Below are positions 50,330-61,553 of a stretch of 64,000 bases of DNA, piece after piece. The notes under the pieces were generated by a model. The model ran no database searches. It was not told where the DNA came from and was given only the letters and a program-made list of their open reading frames with translations. The position numbers were made by a program, and so were the translations under genes. Each line of letters begins with the position of its first letter. Positions within the stretch are counted from its first letter, which is position 1. Origin of the DNA: Promethearchaeia archaeon (GTDB lineage: Archaea > Asgardarchaeota > Lokiarchaeia > Sigyniarchaeales > SOKP01); the NCBI GenBank assembly GCA_036478875.1, contig JAZGEW010000025.1, forward strand, positions 10,132-74,131. Reading direction: 5' to 3'.

Positions 50330-51526
50330 ATGACAAGAAAGTCTAATAAAAAAAAATATGAACGAATACTTGAACGCCTTGCGAAAGGTGAAAAACAATC
50401 TTCGATTATAATAGCTGAAAAATGTTCTTATGGTACAATTTCAGCAGCAAAACAGTGGGATAAGAATGGAAGACCTGCTACGATTACCACTACAAGAAAC
50501 AGATCAACAAATAGAACTAGAATTGTGCTTTCAGTGCCAAACTTTTGGCTTGAGTACTTAAATGAAGATATAATGTCAGGAATTTGGAATGATTATTCTG
50601 ATGCAATTATTGATGTTATCAGGTTTTTTTACCGAACTCGAATGGAATTTCACACTCATACTCAGATAGAAACCCCTAAAGGTGGTAGAGGGCCTATGGG
50701 TCTAAGAAAGGAAATCATGAAAGAGCTTAAGGAAACTATTACACCTGAGCAAGTCCGAGATTCGGAAAATAAAAATTTAATAAATATAAGTAAATTAAAA
50801 GAATATAAAGAAATCAAAGAAGAGCAGAGGCAAGAATTTTCTAAACAAAGAGAGCTAGTATATTCACAATTTAAAGATCTGGAAACAGAGAAATATGTCT
50901 TTAAAAATTATCACGGAGAACCATTGATAAAAGAAGAATTTGAGGTATTAATGGAATTTGAGCAACAAGTTGGGAGAATTCCTAAATGGGAAGGCAATTT
51001 TACTCAAGGAGATTATATGCCTACGCCAATTGATACAAAGACATATAAATTCAGTTATATCCTTTTAGGTAATCATGTAATTATACTCAATTTATACGGT
51101 AAAGGATTAAATCTTTTACCAGAATCGATTGATCAATTAAAATATTTGCAAACTCTTGATTTAAGAAACAATAATCTAACCGAACTTCCCGAATCTATTG
51201 GAAATTTAGAATTTCTTGAAGAGCTTATTCTCCATGATAATGCACTCAAATCCGTTCCTAATTCAATAGGGAACCTTAAAAATCTTAGATTACTCCATTT
51301 GGACAATAACAATCTTACAACATTGCCTGAAACAATTTGTAACCTTAAAACATGGTATCCTATTGGATTATCTAATAATAAAATAGGTTCACTCAGTGAG
51401 AAAATTCTAAAAATGTGCATGCCGCAAGCAAAGGTTACAAAATATGCGAGGGCGCATGGGATAAGAAAAAAGATTCGGTGTGAGTTAGATTTGGTAGGAA
51501 ATCCTATAATGGAAGCAAAAAAATAG
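50330..51526 (+). CDS. Leucine-rich-repeat protein with N-terminal putative HTH and ribbon-helix-helix modules
   Basis: C-terminal LxxLxLxxNxLxxLPxxIG repeats; RIVLSVP...L...I.SG.W...SDAI..VIR resembles an RHH. ATG at 50330 (ORF track starts at TTG 50303). Confidence 0.8.
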   Translation: MTRKSNKKKYERILERLAKGEKQSSIIIAEKCSYGTISAAKQWDKNGRPATITTTRNRSTNRTRIVLSVPNFWLEYLNEDIMSGIWNDYSDAIIDVIRFFYRTRMEFHTHTQIETPKGGRGPMGLRKEIMKELKETITPEQVRDSENKNLINISKLKEYKEIKEEQRQEFSKQRELVYSQFKDLETEKYVFKNYHGEPLIKEEFEVLMEFEQQVGRIPKWEGNFTQGDYMPTPIDTKTYKFSYILLGNHVIILNLYGKGLNLLPESIDQLKYLQTLDLRNNNLTELPESIGNLEFLEELILHDNALKSVPNSIGNLKNLRLLHLDNNNLTTLPETICNLKTWYPIGLSNNKIGSLSEKILKMCMPQAKVTKYARAHGIRKKIRCELDLVGNPIMEAKK

Positions 51527-51675
51527 GAAGAATTATCCATGTAAAATTAGGATACAATAATAAAATCTCACTAATCACTTTATAGTTTTAATTTTGAAAT
51601 TTTAATCACTCTAAAAGGTAAATTTTGTGATTAAAATAATTGTAATTAATAAATATAAGTTTTAAGCAATAATAA

Positions 51676-52152
51676 TCAGATATTTTTCGTATTAATAATT
51701 ACATTATCAACTTCAAAATACCTTAGAACCAATTCTTTAATTTTTCTTATCATTGAACCCTCTTTTCCAATGGCTTTTCCACGATCTTGAGGTCGTACAG
51801 TTATGATAACGGTTTTCCTTTGATTTCTACTTTCTTTAACTTCAATATTTTGAACCTGAATGGAGTTTTTAGTAGTTTGTAAGATATTTTGGATGAACTG
51901 GTCAAGATCCTCAGAAAAAGCTATAACATCTATCTTTTTTTGGAGTTTCGATTTTAAATCTTTAACATGTTCACCAGCTTTTCCAATGGCTTTTCCTACA
52001 TCCTCTTCTTTTACTAAAAAAATTATTATTTCGGATCCATTATCAGGAGATTTAAAAATCAAGCAATCTTTAATTATTGCGCCAGAAATGTTATTAAATA
52101 ATGAAATAAGTTCCATTGTTTCCCGATCAATCTTAATGTTCTTTTTTAACAT
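51676..52152 (-). CDS. nusA: Archaeal NusA (KH domains)
   Basis: Two GKAIGK.G KH motifs; rpl30e-nusA context. Confidence 0.93.
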   Translation of the reverse strand: MLKKNIKIDRETMELISLFNNISGAIIKDCLIFKSPDNGSEIIIFLVKEEDVGKAIGKAGEHVKDLKSKLQKKIDVIAFSEDLDQFIQNILQTTKNSIQVQNIEVKESRNQRKTVIITVRPQDRGKAIGKEGSMIRKIKELVLRYFEVDNVIINTKNI

Positions 52153-52180
52153 GTAAATATCAAGTTAAGTGTAATTAGAA

Positions 52181-52555
52181 TCATTTAGTTTTTAAAGATA
52201 ATAAAGCGGAATCTCCAAAATCAATTACTCCCATGAGAGAGATCATATATGGCTTAGCACAAGCTAATCCTAAATCCCAACTTGAACCTTTATATTTATA
52301 GATAAAGATTTTATCATTTAAGAGAGAATTAAAATGATTTAATCGATTAAGTAATTCTGCCGGACAATTTCTACTCACGATAAGCATCTTGAAAGGATTG
52401 TTTCTAAATAATTTCTTTATAACTTGGTTTTTTCCATATAAAATCTTACCGGTTTTATAAGCGACTTTGATATTAGTATTGACATCAAATTCTTTAGTTT
52501 TTTTCCTACTTAGATCAAGTTTGGTATCAGTAGTTTTGTTCTCTCTCTTTGCCAT
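52181..52555 (-). CDS. rpl30e: Ribosomal protein eL30
   Basis: KTGK..YG, NCP and GSSWDLGLACAKPY. Confidence 0.93.
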   Translation of the reverse strand: MAKRENKTTDTKLDLSRKKTKEFDVNTNIKVAYKTGKILYGKNQVIKKLFRNNPFKMLIVSRNCPAELLNRLNHFNSLLNDKIFIYKYKGSSWDLGLACAKPYMISLMGVIDFGDSALLSLKTK

Positions 52556-52658
52556 GGTAATTTCAATCAGTATCTATATAATAAGTAATAAGTATAATAC
52601 TTTTTTAACTTTTTTTAAAGCACTTTTATGATTTTTATTCGACATTAAAAGTTTTCGA

Positions 52659-53864
52659 TTAGCCGCTAGTTTTTTTCTTTTTTTTTAATATGGCCAGATT
52701 AGCATCCAGATCAAACATTACGTTTACACGTCCTGATCCGATTGGTGAGATTTGTCCTACAATAACATTCTCAGGAATCCCCAAAAGTCGCTCTTCTTCT
52801 CCATAAAGCCCAGCATCAAGCAGTTGATTAACTGTAACTTCAAATGCAGCTCGAGCGAATACACTTGATTTTGAACCAGAAATTCCGTGTCTTCCAATAG
52901 ATTGTATTGAACCGGAGTAACACATTAAATCGGATAAAATTAAAAGATGCCTTAAATCTACATCTAAACCTTGTTGTTCAAGGACTTTTTGAGCTTCCAG
53001 AATTATCATTTTACGTGCTGCTTCAACACCATATAACTTTTCAATTTCATGAATATGATTTGAACCAGTTCTTGTCACGTCTACTCCTTCAATCTGTATT
53101 ACACCTTGCATGTTAGTACCTTCAGTTTTAATTATCCACTCTTTTCCATCATCTGAAGGAGTTAATAATCCTCTCTTTACACCTCTAATCCCTTTTACAA
53201 CTTTTTTAAGGATCTTTTCTCTTAATTTTTGTAAACTCTGTAGATCTTCTATTCCAGGATCGATAATTATAGAATTACCCTCACGCTTTATTGTTCCTTT
53301 TTTCTTATAGCGTTTTAAAATATCTGGAATTTCATTAATTTCAATCCCTTTTTTCTCACAAATTTCTGGGATTAAATTAATTACAATATTCCAATTTACA
53401 AAATCAAGGTCAACATCATGAGTTATTTGTTCTATACGTATTTGTTCAATGCGATTATGAACTTCAATTGCTTTATCTTCACTTTCATTGTATGGTTTTT
53501 CTAGATAAATCGTCATTTGAGGTGTACTGGGAAAACGACGTGCATCCACAATCTCGATAAGGCGGGGTAATCCTTGAGTTACAGAGAATTCTTCCACCCC
53601 TGCGTAGTGAAAAGTTCTCAGTGTCATCTGGGTTCCAGGTTCACCAATTGATTGGGCAGCAACAGTCCCCACCGGTTCTGAAGTTTCTACAAGAGCATTA
53701 CTAAAATTAATAAAGATCTTATTCAATAAATATTCGAGTTGTTCTTCCTCTAAATCCTCATCAATTACTTTTTCCCTAATCTTATTGATTAAATCTCCAG
53801 GAATTCCGTCCTCTTGTAAAATATTTAATTCTTTATCCAATAATTCTGGAGTTACTTTTACCAT
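52659..53864 (-). CDS. rpoA2: RNA polymerase subunit A'' (Rpo1C)
   Basis: [29 protein letters not shown] and RAAFE. Confidence 0.98.
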   Translation of the reverse strand: MVKVTPELLDKELNILQEDGIPGDLINKIREKVIDEDLEEEQLEYLLNKIFINFSNALVETSEPVGTVAAQSIGEPGTQMTLRTFHYAGVEEFSVTQGLPRLIEIVDARRFPSTPQMTIYLEKPYNESEDKAIEVHNRIEQIRIEQITHDVDLDFVNWNIVINLIPEICEKKGIEINEIPDILKRYKKKGTIKREGNSIIIDPGIEDLQSLQKLREKILKKVVKGIRGVKRGLLTPSDDGKEWIIKTEGTNMQGVIQIEGVDVTRTGSNHIHEIEKLYGVEAARKMIILEAQKVLEQQGLDVDLRHLLILSDLMCYSGSIQSIGRHGISGSKSSVFARAAFEVTVNQLLDAGLYGEEERLLGIPENVIVGQISPIGSGRVNVMFDLDANLAILKKKKKTSG

Positions 53865-53896
53865 TATTAGATTCCCTTCTTTTTAAAATATTTATT

Positions 53897-56824
53897 TTAT
53901 CCTAATTTTTTTTCTTTCCAGTCTAAATAAGCCTTGGTTTCTTTACTTCGCCAAATGGCATTTTTACCAGTTTCTTTCTCAAATTGTTTCATTAAGGTTT
54001 CTTCATCAGATTCATCTTTTTTTGGTTTAGTTTTTGGTTTAGTACGTTTAACGGGCTTATCTTCAGAAATAATTTCTTTTTTTGGTACTGATTTTTTAGA
54101 TTTGGATACTTTTTTTATTTCTTTTCGTACTTCGTTAACATCCAAAGCTTTAGCTTTTAATAATAAAACGTCTAAATTAACAGCAGCACCATGATCGGTA
54201 TGCATAGGATCTATTCCATCATCTCCCCAACGGAATTGGATAACATTTTTATCTGAATTTCTAACAGTACCATCATTTTCAACAACCATATCTTGTAATG
54301 CATTTACTAACCTTCGTTGCATATATCCTGATGTGGAAGTTCTTACAGCAGTATCAACTAACCCTTCTCTTCCTCCCATTGCATGAAAGAAAAATTCTAC
54401 TGGTTTTAATCCATTTCTATAAGAGGAGGAAACAAAACCTCTAGATTTAGGTGAGAGATCATTGACTTTAAAGTGAGGTAATGTTCGCATACTATATCCT
54501 CGATTAATTCTTTCACCCCTTATTGCTTGTTGTCCAACTACGGCAGACATTTGCCCTAGATTTAATATATTACCTCTAGCTCCAGACTTAGTCATAATAA
54601 CAGAATGAGCTTCATCCCCAATAAATTCTGCTGCGGTCTCTTCTGCTTGTTTCCTGGCTTCGGCTAATACTTGCCTGATTCTTAATTCTAAAGTTTCTCT
54701 CATTGAACGTCCAGGGGCTCTTCTTAGAATAGTTGTATCATTAGTATGGAATGCATCAATCAATTTCTCAGATTCTGCAGTTGCATCATCTAAAATCTTT
54801 TGGATTTCTTTATATGCATGTCCATGCACATAAACCTCATCTAATCCCATTGTTATTCCATTCTGTCTTATAACATACAAGAGCATCTTAGTTGCACTGT
54901 CTAAAAATTGTCTTCCTAGAGCATTCCCATGATCTTTAATAATACGTTGTAATATACTATTTGATTGCATCGCACCAAAAGAATTTTCATCAATAGTTCC
55001 AGTTATTAAATGCCCATTTTTAATTACAACATATGCATCATAGAGGCAATCTTCTTCCTCACAGATTTCACATTTCTTACAAAACTTTGATTTCACTTTG
55101 AGATTAAGATCATCTGGGAATAAGGTACTGAAAATTTGTTTTCCAGAATACAGTGGTTCTGGGTCAGTCTTTACAGGTATGATTTGATCCAAGCTAAAAA
55201 GAGGATTATTTTGATATACATCACCAAGATATAATAATTTCAAAGTGTCTTTTTTATTATATAATGAGTCCTTACTTGTAAATTGAAATACACTTGAAAT
55301 AAAATCTTGAATCCCACCTAAGATTGGTCCACCAAATCGAGGAGATAATATATGCTCTTGAACTTTAAGAAGTAGTTCCGCTTCTGTACGAGCTTCTTCA
55401 CTTTGAGGCACATGTAAATTCATTTCATCACCATCAAAATCAGCATTATAAGGTGGACATACAGTCAAGTTTAATCTGAAAGTTCTTCCTTTCATTATCC
55501 TTACTTCATGAGCCATTATTGACATGCGATGAAGAGAAGGTTGACGATTAAATAGCACTAAGTCTCCATTATTTAGATGACGTTCAATCGTAAAACCTGG
55601 TGCGAGCATATCTGCTATAATCTTCCTGTTTTTCACATATCGAAGATCTATTCTTCTACGATCGTTACGAATAATATAGTTAGCACCAGGATGATTAAAA
55701 GGTCCATTTAAGACCATTTGTTTCATTTCCTCAATATTCCAATCATTTACATTAGTGGGGATCGTTAAAATTTGTGCAATTTCTATTGGTACTCCAACTT
55801 CATTAATACTTATATAGGGGTTTGGTGAAATAACACTACGAGCAGAAAAATCAACTCTTTTACCACTAAGGTTGCTCCTAAACCTACCTTCTTTACCTTT
55901 TAATCTTTGCGTTAAAGTTCTAAGGGCTCTACCGGAACGATGTCTAGCTGGAGGGATACCAGATACTTGATTGTCAAAATAAGTAGTAATATGATATTGT
56001 AATAATTCCCAAAGATCTTCAACTATTAAATGTGGGGCTCCCGCATCAATATTTTCTCTCAATCTTTGGTTAATTCGAATAACATCAACCAATTTATGCG
56101 TCAAATCATCTTCAGAACGAATACCACTATCTAAAGTAATTGATGGTCTCGCACATACGGGAGGGATTGGTAAGACAGTAAATACAACCCATTCAAGTCG
56201 TGCATTTTCAGGTGAAATACCAAGGATCCTAAGATCAACATCACCGACTTTCTTTAGGCGTTCTAAAATCTCAATGGGTGTTATTCTCCGTGAACCTTTT
56301 CCTTCTTCTTCTTCATAAAAAGTAGTTGGTTTCTCAATAATTATTTTTTTCTTCTTTGCTCCACAATAAGGGCATAATTTTGCTTTTCTTGCCCTTTTAA
56401 AAACAATTTTAGCCGCATCCTCATCACCCTCAAAAAATATTTTCCTATGTTGTGATTGTTCTTGTCTGAATTTTTCTTTTTCCTCTTCAGTAAGCATTAA
56501 TTTGCTACATTCGGGGCAAATGCTTCTTAATACTTTAAGCACTTTCTTGGCATATCCTACGTGAATGACGGGTCTAGCTAATTCTATGTGTCCAAAATGA
56601 CCCATACAATTACTCACAAGATTTCCACATGTTTGACAACGTTGGCCAGGTTCGATTGTACCTAGTCTTTGGTCCATAAGTCCACTCGGGATCGGAAGAC
56701 CATCCTCGTCGTACGTATCAGCAGTTATTATACGCGCAGCAGACATTTTACGGATTTCGTTTGGACTTAGTAAGCCAAATTTAATCTTTTCAATCATTTT
56801 CATTTTTGAAAATGTATAACTCAT
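53897..56824 (-). CDS. rpoA1: RNA polymerase subunit A' (Rpo1N)
   Basis: YNADFDGDEMN, GHFGHIEL and GKRVDFSARSVI; has an extra C-terminal tail. Confidence 0.98.
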   Translation of the reverse strand: MSYTFSKMKMIEKIKFGLLSPNEIRKMSAARIITADTYDEDGLPIPSGLMDQRLGTIEPGQRCQTCGNLVSNCMGHFGHIELARPVIHVGYAKKVLKVLRSICPECSKLMLTEEEKEKFRQEQSQHRKIFFEGDEDAAKIVFKRARKAKLCPYCGAKKKKIIIEKPTTFYEEEEGKGSRRITPIEILERLKKVGDVDLRILGISPENARLEWVVFTVLPIPPVCARPSITLDSGIRSEDDLTHKLVDVIRINQRLRENIDAGAPHLIVEDLWELLQYHITTYFDNQVSGIPPARHRSGRALRTLTQRLKGKEGRFRSNLSGKRVDFSARSVISPNPYISINEVGVPIEIAQILTIPTNVNDWNIEEMKQMVLNGPFNHPGANYIIRNDRRRIDLRYVKNRKIIADMLAPGFTIERHLNNGDLVLFNRQPSLHRMSIMAHEVRIMKGRTFRLNLTVCPPYNADFDGDEMNLHVPQSEEARTEAELLLKVQEHILSPRFGGPILGGIQDFISSVFQFTSKDSLYNKKDTLKLLYLGDVYQNNPLFSLDQIIPVKTDPEPLYSGKQIFSTLFPDDLNLKVKSKFCKKCEICEEEDCLYDAYVVIKNGHLITGTIDENSFGAMQSNSILQRIIKDHGNALGRQFLDSATKMLLYVIRQNGITMGLDEVYVHGHAYKEIQKILDDATAESEKLIDAFHTNDTTILRRAPGRSMRETLELRIRQVLAEARKQAEETAAEFIGDEAHSVIMTKSGARGNILNLGQMSAVVGQQAIRGERINRGYSMRTLPHFKVNDLSPKSRGFVSSSYRNGLKPVEFFFHAMGGREGLVDTAVRTSTSGYMQRRLVNALQDMVVENDGTVRNSDKNVIQFRWGDDGIDPMHTDHGAAVNLDVLLLKAKALDVNEVRKEIKKVSKSKKSVPKKEIISEDKPVKRTKPKTKPKKDESDEETLMKQFEKETGKNAIWRSKETKAYLDWKEKKLG

Positions 56825-57269
56825 AAATTTAAAACCTCAATAATTTTACTTTCTTTTTTATATTTTGAAGAAGAAGTACAACTCATGGGAGAAAACATCC
56901 TCTATAACAATTATTAGATGTTAATTTTAAAAAAAAATAAGAATACAAGTCTTCCACTGTACATAAATAAAGATAGCAAATATTAAAAATTTTACTGTTT
57001 TGGGCACTATTAATATTACTCTGATTATATTTCATAAATTTAAATGTTTATTAAAATCAAGTTTTAGATTATCAATATTTTAAATATTTTCAAAGTAAAG
57101 TATTCATTTGAGAGAAAATTGAACTTAATCATAATAGTGAAGATTTCTTAGTTAAATAAATACTAAAGACTCATAAAGTAATATTTGACAGATTTTGATA
57201 AGTTTCATATTTCAAATTATTAAGCCTTAAAAAAGAATTTAATTTATCAATTAATTTAATTACATAATA

Positions 57270-57878
57270 ATGAAGATAATTGATGTTTTTAGAAGTAGAA
57301 TAATCTTATTTTTTATTCAAATACTACTTTTAAGCCTTTTTATTTATAGTATAGGTTATTATCTTGAAATAGACCTTGATTTGGGTATTTTAATGGAGCG
57401 AGAAATAATTATAAAATTTTTAGCAAACTATACTTTGTTTAATGATTTATCTGGTTTCTTTTTTCTATATATTAGTTGGATTTTGGTATCATTACTTCCA
57501 ATTTTCATTTATAATAATTTTAAAAAAGCATATTCAATGAACTTAATGACATTTTTCTTCCCAAATTTTTTCCTTTATGTATTTTTACGGAGATACTCTC
57601 GAGAATATTTTAATTCTTATTTTCAATTTCATTTTTTACATACACTCCTACTCGGAATTGTAATCGTGGGTTTATCAATTGTATTTTCTCTAATTTTAAA
57701 AAAATTCCTAAAATTTAAGAGTGAAACTCAATTAGAAGATTTATCTTTTATCGCTAACAAAAATAGAATTGAATGTCCGAAATGTGGAGCGGAATTTAAT
57801 TCTACACCTAAATTCTGTTATAATTGTAATGCTGATTTAACAGTAATAATTAAGGAAAAAAATGGAAAAGAAGAATAA
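57270..57878 (+). CDS. Membrane protein with C-terminal zinc ribbon
   Basis: About four TM segments, then CPKCG...FCYNC. Confidence 0.75.
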   Translation: MKIIDVFRSRIILFFIQILLLSLFIYSIGYYLEIDLDLGILMEREIIIKFLANYTLFNDLSGFFFLYISWILVSLLPIFIYNNFKKAYSMNLMTFFFPNFFLYVFLRRYSREYFNSYFQFHFLHTLLLGIVIVGLSIVFSLILKKFLKFKSETQLEDLSFIANKNRIECPKCGAEFNSTPKFCYNCNADLTVIIKEKNGKEE

Positions 57879-59331
57879 ATTGAGCTCATTAGAATTATTA
57901 TTTAAACCTAAAAATGTAGTTATTTTTAACTTTAATCAAAAAATATCTTTTTTTGTTAATGGTTTTAAGAGACAAGGTTTTGATTTAAACAGATTATATT
58001 TAATTTCAACGAATGAAGAAGAATATTCGGATATAAAATGTTATAAAACGTTTGATGATATTCAAGAAGACACAATTGATCTGTTAATTTTATCTGTGAG
58101 AAGAGAATTGCTTATTAAATCATTAGGAGATATTCTATCGAAAAAGAAAGTGAAATTCGTTCATATATTTACCGCAGGAACAGGAGAATTTGACGAGTTA
58201 GGCATGGAAATTGAATATCAGTTGAAGGAATTATTGGATAATTATAAAGATACAAGAGCTATTGGTCCAAATTGTATGGGGTTATACAGTCCCCGAGGGA
58301 AAACAGCTTATTATTCCTCATTTCCAATAGAAGAAGGGAATATTGGGCTTATTTTCCAATCAGGGGACCTACATTCTAAGATGATTAAATTTGGGTCAAA
58401 AAGATATGGTCTTAGATTTTCAATAGGAATTAGTATTGGTAATTGTGTAGATATTCAAATTTCAGAAATTTTGGAATTTTTTAATCATGATGATGCTACT
58501 GATGTCATTTGTGTTTATTTTGAGGGAATTTCACCTCTTTATAAAAATGAGGGTAAAATCTTATTCAATGTTTTAAAAAAGATGAAAAAGCCTGTATTAT
58601 TTATGAGAGGTGGAAGGACAAAAAGAGGACAAACCGCAATATTAACACATACTGGAGCTTTAGCAACAAAAAGTGATATCTGGAGTGCAATATTTAAACA
58701 AACACCTGTAATCGAAATTCCTCCATCACTTGATGATTTAGTCGATCAAGTTTATCTCTTTTCTCATTATATTCCTCGAGTTAAAGATGATAATAATGAT
58801 ACTATTTATCCTGTAAATAAGCGAGCATTGGTTATACTCTGGTCTGGTGGTTTTGGAATTTTAGCTACTGATACTTTAACAGAATTAGGATTAGAATTAC
58901 CTCATTTTGAAGGCGAAACTTTAGAGAGCCTCAAAAAAATATATCCTTTAAAAATTGGTAGTTTATCAAATCCACTTGATTTACCATGGATAATAGATCG
59001 CAAAGAGTTTGTAGAATTGGGTAAAGCTGCCATTGGTGAAAATATTGATTTAGTAATAATTGAAACAGATGCATGGAGGGATATGGAAGATGCACATTTC
59101 AAAAGTTATTATAGTAATCTTTTAGCATTGAGAGCCTACGTGGAATCACTAAATAAGAGTTTTATCATCATATTACACCAATATCCTAGTGAGTCTCAAG
59201 CAAAATTTACCGATATGTTAATGAAAGATGGATTCATTGTTTATCCCACAATTGAAGGAGCCGCTAAATCTTTCTTGAAATTATATGAATATGGTAAGAG
59301 ATCAGTAAGGCTAAATAAAGAAGTAAACTAG
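57862..59331 (+). CDS. ADP-forming acyl-CoA synthetase alpha-subunit-like CoA-binding protein
   Basis: IGPNCMG, QSG, SIGN, HTGALA (phospho-His), SGG.G....D and NPLDL. Confidence 0.85.
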   Translation: MEKKNKLSSLELLFKPKNVVIFNFNQKISFFVNGFKRQGFDLNRLYLISTNEEEYSDIKCYKTFDDIQEDTIDLLILSVRRELLIKSLGDILSKKKVKFVHIFTAGTGEFDELGMEIEYQLKELLDNYKDTRAIGPNCMGLYSPRGKTAYYSSFPIEEGNIGLIFQSGDLHSKMIKFGSKRYGLRFSIGISIGNCVDIQISEILEFFNHDDATDVICVYFEGISPLYKNEGKILFNVLKKMKKPVLFMRGGRTKRGQTAILTHTGALATKSDIWSAIFKQTPVIEIPPSLDDLVDQVYLFSHYIPRVKDDNNDTIYPVNKRALVILWSGGFGILATDTLTELGLELPHFEGETLESLKKIYPLKIGSLSNPLDLPWIIDRKEFVELGKAAIGENIDLVIIETDAWRDMEDAHFKSYYSNLLALRAYVESLNKSFIIILHQYPSESQAKFTDMLMKDGFIVYPTIEGAAKSFLKLYEYGKRSVRLNKEVN

Positions 59332-59409
59332 TTCTTATCATTTTTAATTTTCATATTTAAGCAAAATATAATACAAAACAATTTATGTATTCTTTAATTC
59401 AAATATTCA

Positions 59410-60387
59410 ATGTTAGGAGAACTTATCGCAATTTCAGCAGTGCTTACATTTGTTGGATCTAATGCGATTTTTCGCAAAACAGAACATGAGGTTAGTCCAA
59501 CTTTTATTAATTTCTTTCGAACAGGTATAGGTACATTAACCTTCATTCTTATCATTTTATTTCTAAACCAATTTAATCTTTTATTTGTGATACCATGGGA
59601 ATTATGGTTATTATTAATTTTAAGTTTCATTTTTGGCCAAGTAATTGGTGATACTGCTTATTTTACTGCTCAAAAGGAATTAGGAACTACAATAGCTCTC
59701 GCGATTTCGATGACTTTCCCTCTTTTTACTTTTATTTTATCTCTGATCTTTCTTAATCATCGCTTTACACCTAATTTACTTTTAGCTCTAATTTTGATTG
59801 GAATTGGAATTACTGTTATTGGAAAATCAAAAATAAACTCTGATAATTCAAGGATAGAAAAGGAATCTCGCTCACAACTACCAATAAAAATCAGATTTCA
59901 AGAAATTTTCAAAAAAGATTTTATGAAAGCATTAGGATTTTGTTTTATTGCAGCCATAGGGTGGGCTATCGGAGCTGTTTTAATTGAATTTACGATTGGT
60001 CAAATAGATCAAATTATTCATGCTGAAGAACTGAGTTCTATTATAGGAAATGTGATTAGGTTTCCATTTGCATTATTTATTTTAGGCTCAATGGTGTTGA
60101 GAGAAAATCATTTAAAGAATAAAAATGATAATTCGAAAAAGCAAAAGATTTCTCTTCGCTCATGGAGTTTTTTATTAGTTGCTTCTATAATAGGAACTTC
60201 ATTAGGTGCATATCTTTATACTGAATCTGTACATATAGCAGGAGCAAATGTTGTATCCTTAATAGCAAGTGCAGCCCCTTTATTTGCACTTCCGCTAACT
60301 TATTTTATAAACAAGGAAAAAATAACAAAATGGGGTTTTTTTGGGGTAATTTTAACTATTTTGGGAGTTATTATTATTTTATTCTAA
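59410..60387 (+). CDS. EamA/DMT family transporter
   Basis: Two 5-TM repeats; ends KEKITKWGFFGVILTILG. Confidence 0.88.
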   Translation: MLGELIAISAVLTFVGSNAIFRKTEHEVSPTFINFFRTGIGTLTFILIILFLNQFNLLFVIPWELWLLLILSFIFGQVIGDTAYFTAQKELGTTIALAISMTFPLFTFILSLIFLNHRFTPNLLLALILIGIGITVIGKSKINSDNSRIEKESRSQLPIKIRFQEIFKKDFMKALGFCFIAAIGWAIGAVLIEFTIGQIDQIIHAEELSSIIGNVIRFPFALFILGSMVLRENHLKNKNDNSKKQKISLRSWSFLLVASIIGTSLGAYLYTESVHIAGANVVSLIASAAPLFALPLTYFINKEKITKWGFFGVILTILGVIIILF

Positions 60388-60401
60388 GTAAAAAGCTAAC
60401 T

Positions 60402-61481
60402 TTATTCATAATATTGTTCAAATAATTTTAATTCATCTGAAATACTTTTTAATTTAGCCATCTCCTCTTCACTTGGGGCTTTTTCCTCATAAATGTCATA
60501 TTCCTTCAATTTAAGACTTTTTCTAACTTGCTTTTCTAATTTATTTATTTTTGTCTTAGTCGCAAAATACTTTATCATCTTGAACTTCAATTTAGTAATA
60601 GATTTCTCCCATTCTTTTACAAATTCACCATTTTGAATTTCCTTTAATATTTCAGCCATTTTAGGCTTAAGGGGAAGCTTCCGAAATCTTATACCTCTAC
60701 TCATCGCCCCATATTGACTTGTTTGGGAGTGAAACTCGACTTGCTTAACTAAACCAATATCCGCAAATTTTTTGTACGTATACGACATTTCATTACTCAT
60801 ATACATTTCAATCAAAACCGCTTCGGGAGGGTATCCTGCATCAATTAGTGTGTAAATACTTGATAATAAAACTCTTCCAAATGCTGGACCAAATGCTTGT
60901 TCATTAAATAAATCTAATTCGGCTTCTTGCTTAAATGTTAACACTATCGCACCTTTTTTTAAAGTACCAATCCCTTTAGCTAGAGCAAGTAATATCTTTT
61001 TGGCTTGTCCAGAAAAGTCTTGTTCAATCGCAATAAAACTAAAAAATCCTTCATTTTTAAGAAAATTCTCTCTCACTCCAACACCTATCATTCTGGGAGC
61101 AATTAGTAATACATCTACATTTTTTGGTGGTTTCAAAAGCTTAAAACCAATATTATACCCGCTCGCAAATACAATTACTGATTCTGATTTAAGGTTTGGC
61201 TTAATTTTTTCCTCGAAAACCTCATTCATAACCTCATCTGGAAGTAATATAAATATTATATCAGATTTCTGAGTTGCTTCTGTTACCGAGAATACTGAAA
61301 ATTTATCATTTATGGCGATACTCCTATAATTGTCTTCAATATTACCTATAATTACATTTAAGCCGGAATCTCTTAAATTAAGGGCTTGGGCTCTTCCCTG
61401 ATTTCCATAACCGATTATACCAATTGTTTTATCATTTAAAATTGAAAGATCTCCATCTAATTCATGAAAAATTTCTACCAT
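60402..61481 (-). CDS. ilvC: Ketol-acid reductoisomerase
   Basis: IIGYGNQGRAQALNLRDSG, LLPDE, DLFNEQ and SQTSQYG. Confidence 0.93.
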   Translation of the reverse strand: MVEIFHELDGDLSILNDKTIGIIGYGNQGRAQALNLRDSGLNVIIGNIEDNYRSIAINDKFSVFSVTEATQKSDIIFILLPDEVMNEVFEEKIKPNLKSESVIVFASGYNIGFKLLKPPKNVDVLLIAPRMIGVGVRENFLKNEGFFSFIAIEQDFSGQAKKILLALAKGIGTLKKGAIVLTFKQEAELDLFNEQAFGPAFGRVLLSSIYTLIDAGYPPEAVLIEMYMSNEMSYTYKKFADIGLVKQVEFHSQTSQYGAMSRGIRFRKLPLKPKMAEILKEIQNGEFVKEWEKSITKLKFKMIKYFATKTKINKLEKQVRKSLKLKEYDIYEEKAPSEEEMAKLKSISDELKLFEQYYE

Positions 61482-61553
61482 GCTTAAGATCTCCTAATAC
61501 TACTATATATGATATAAAAAAGAGATCTCTTAAAAATTAGTTGACAAACTTCT

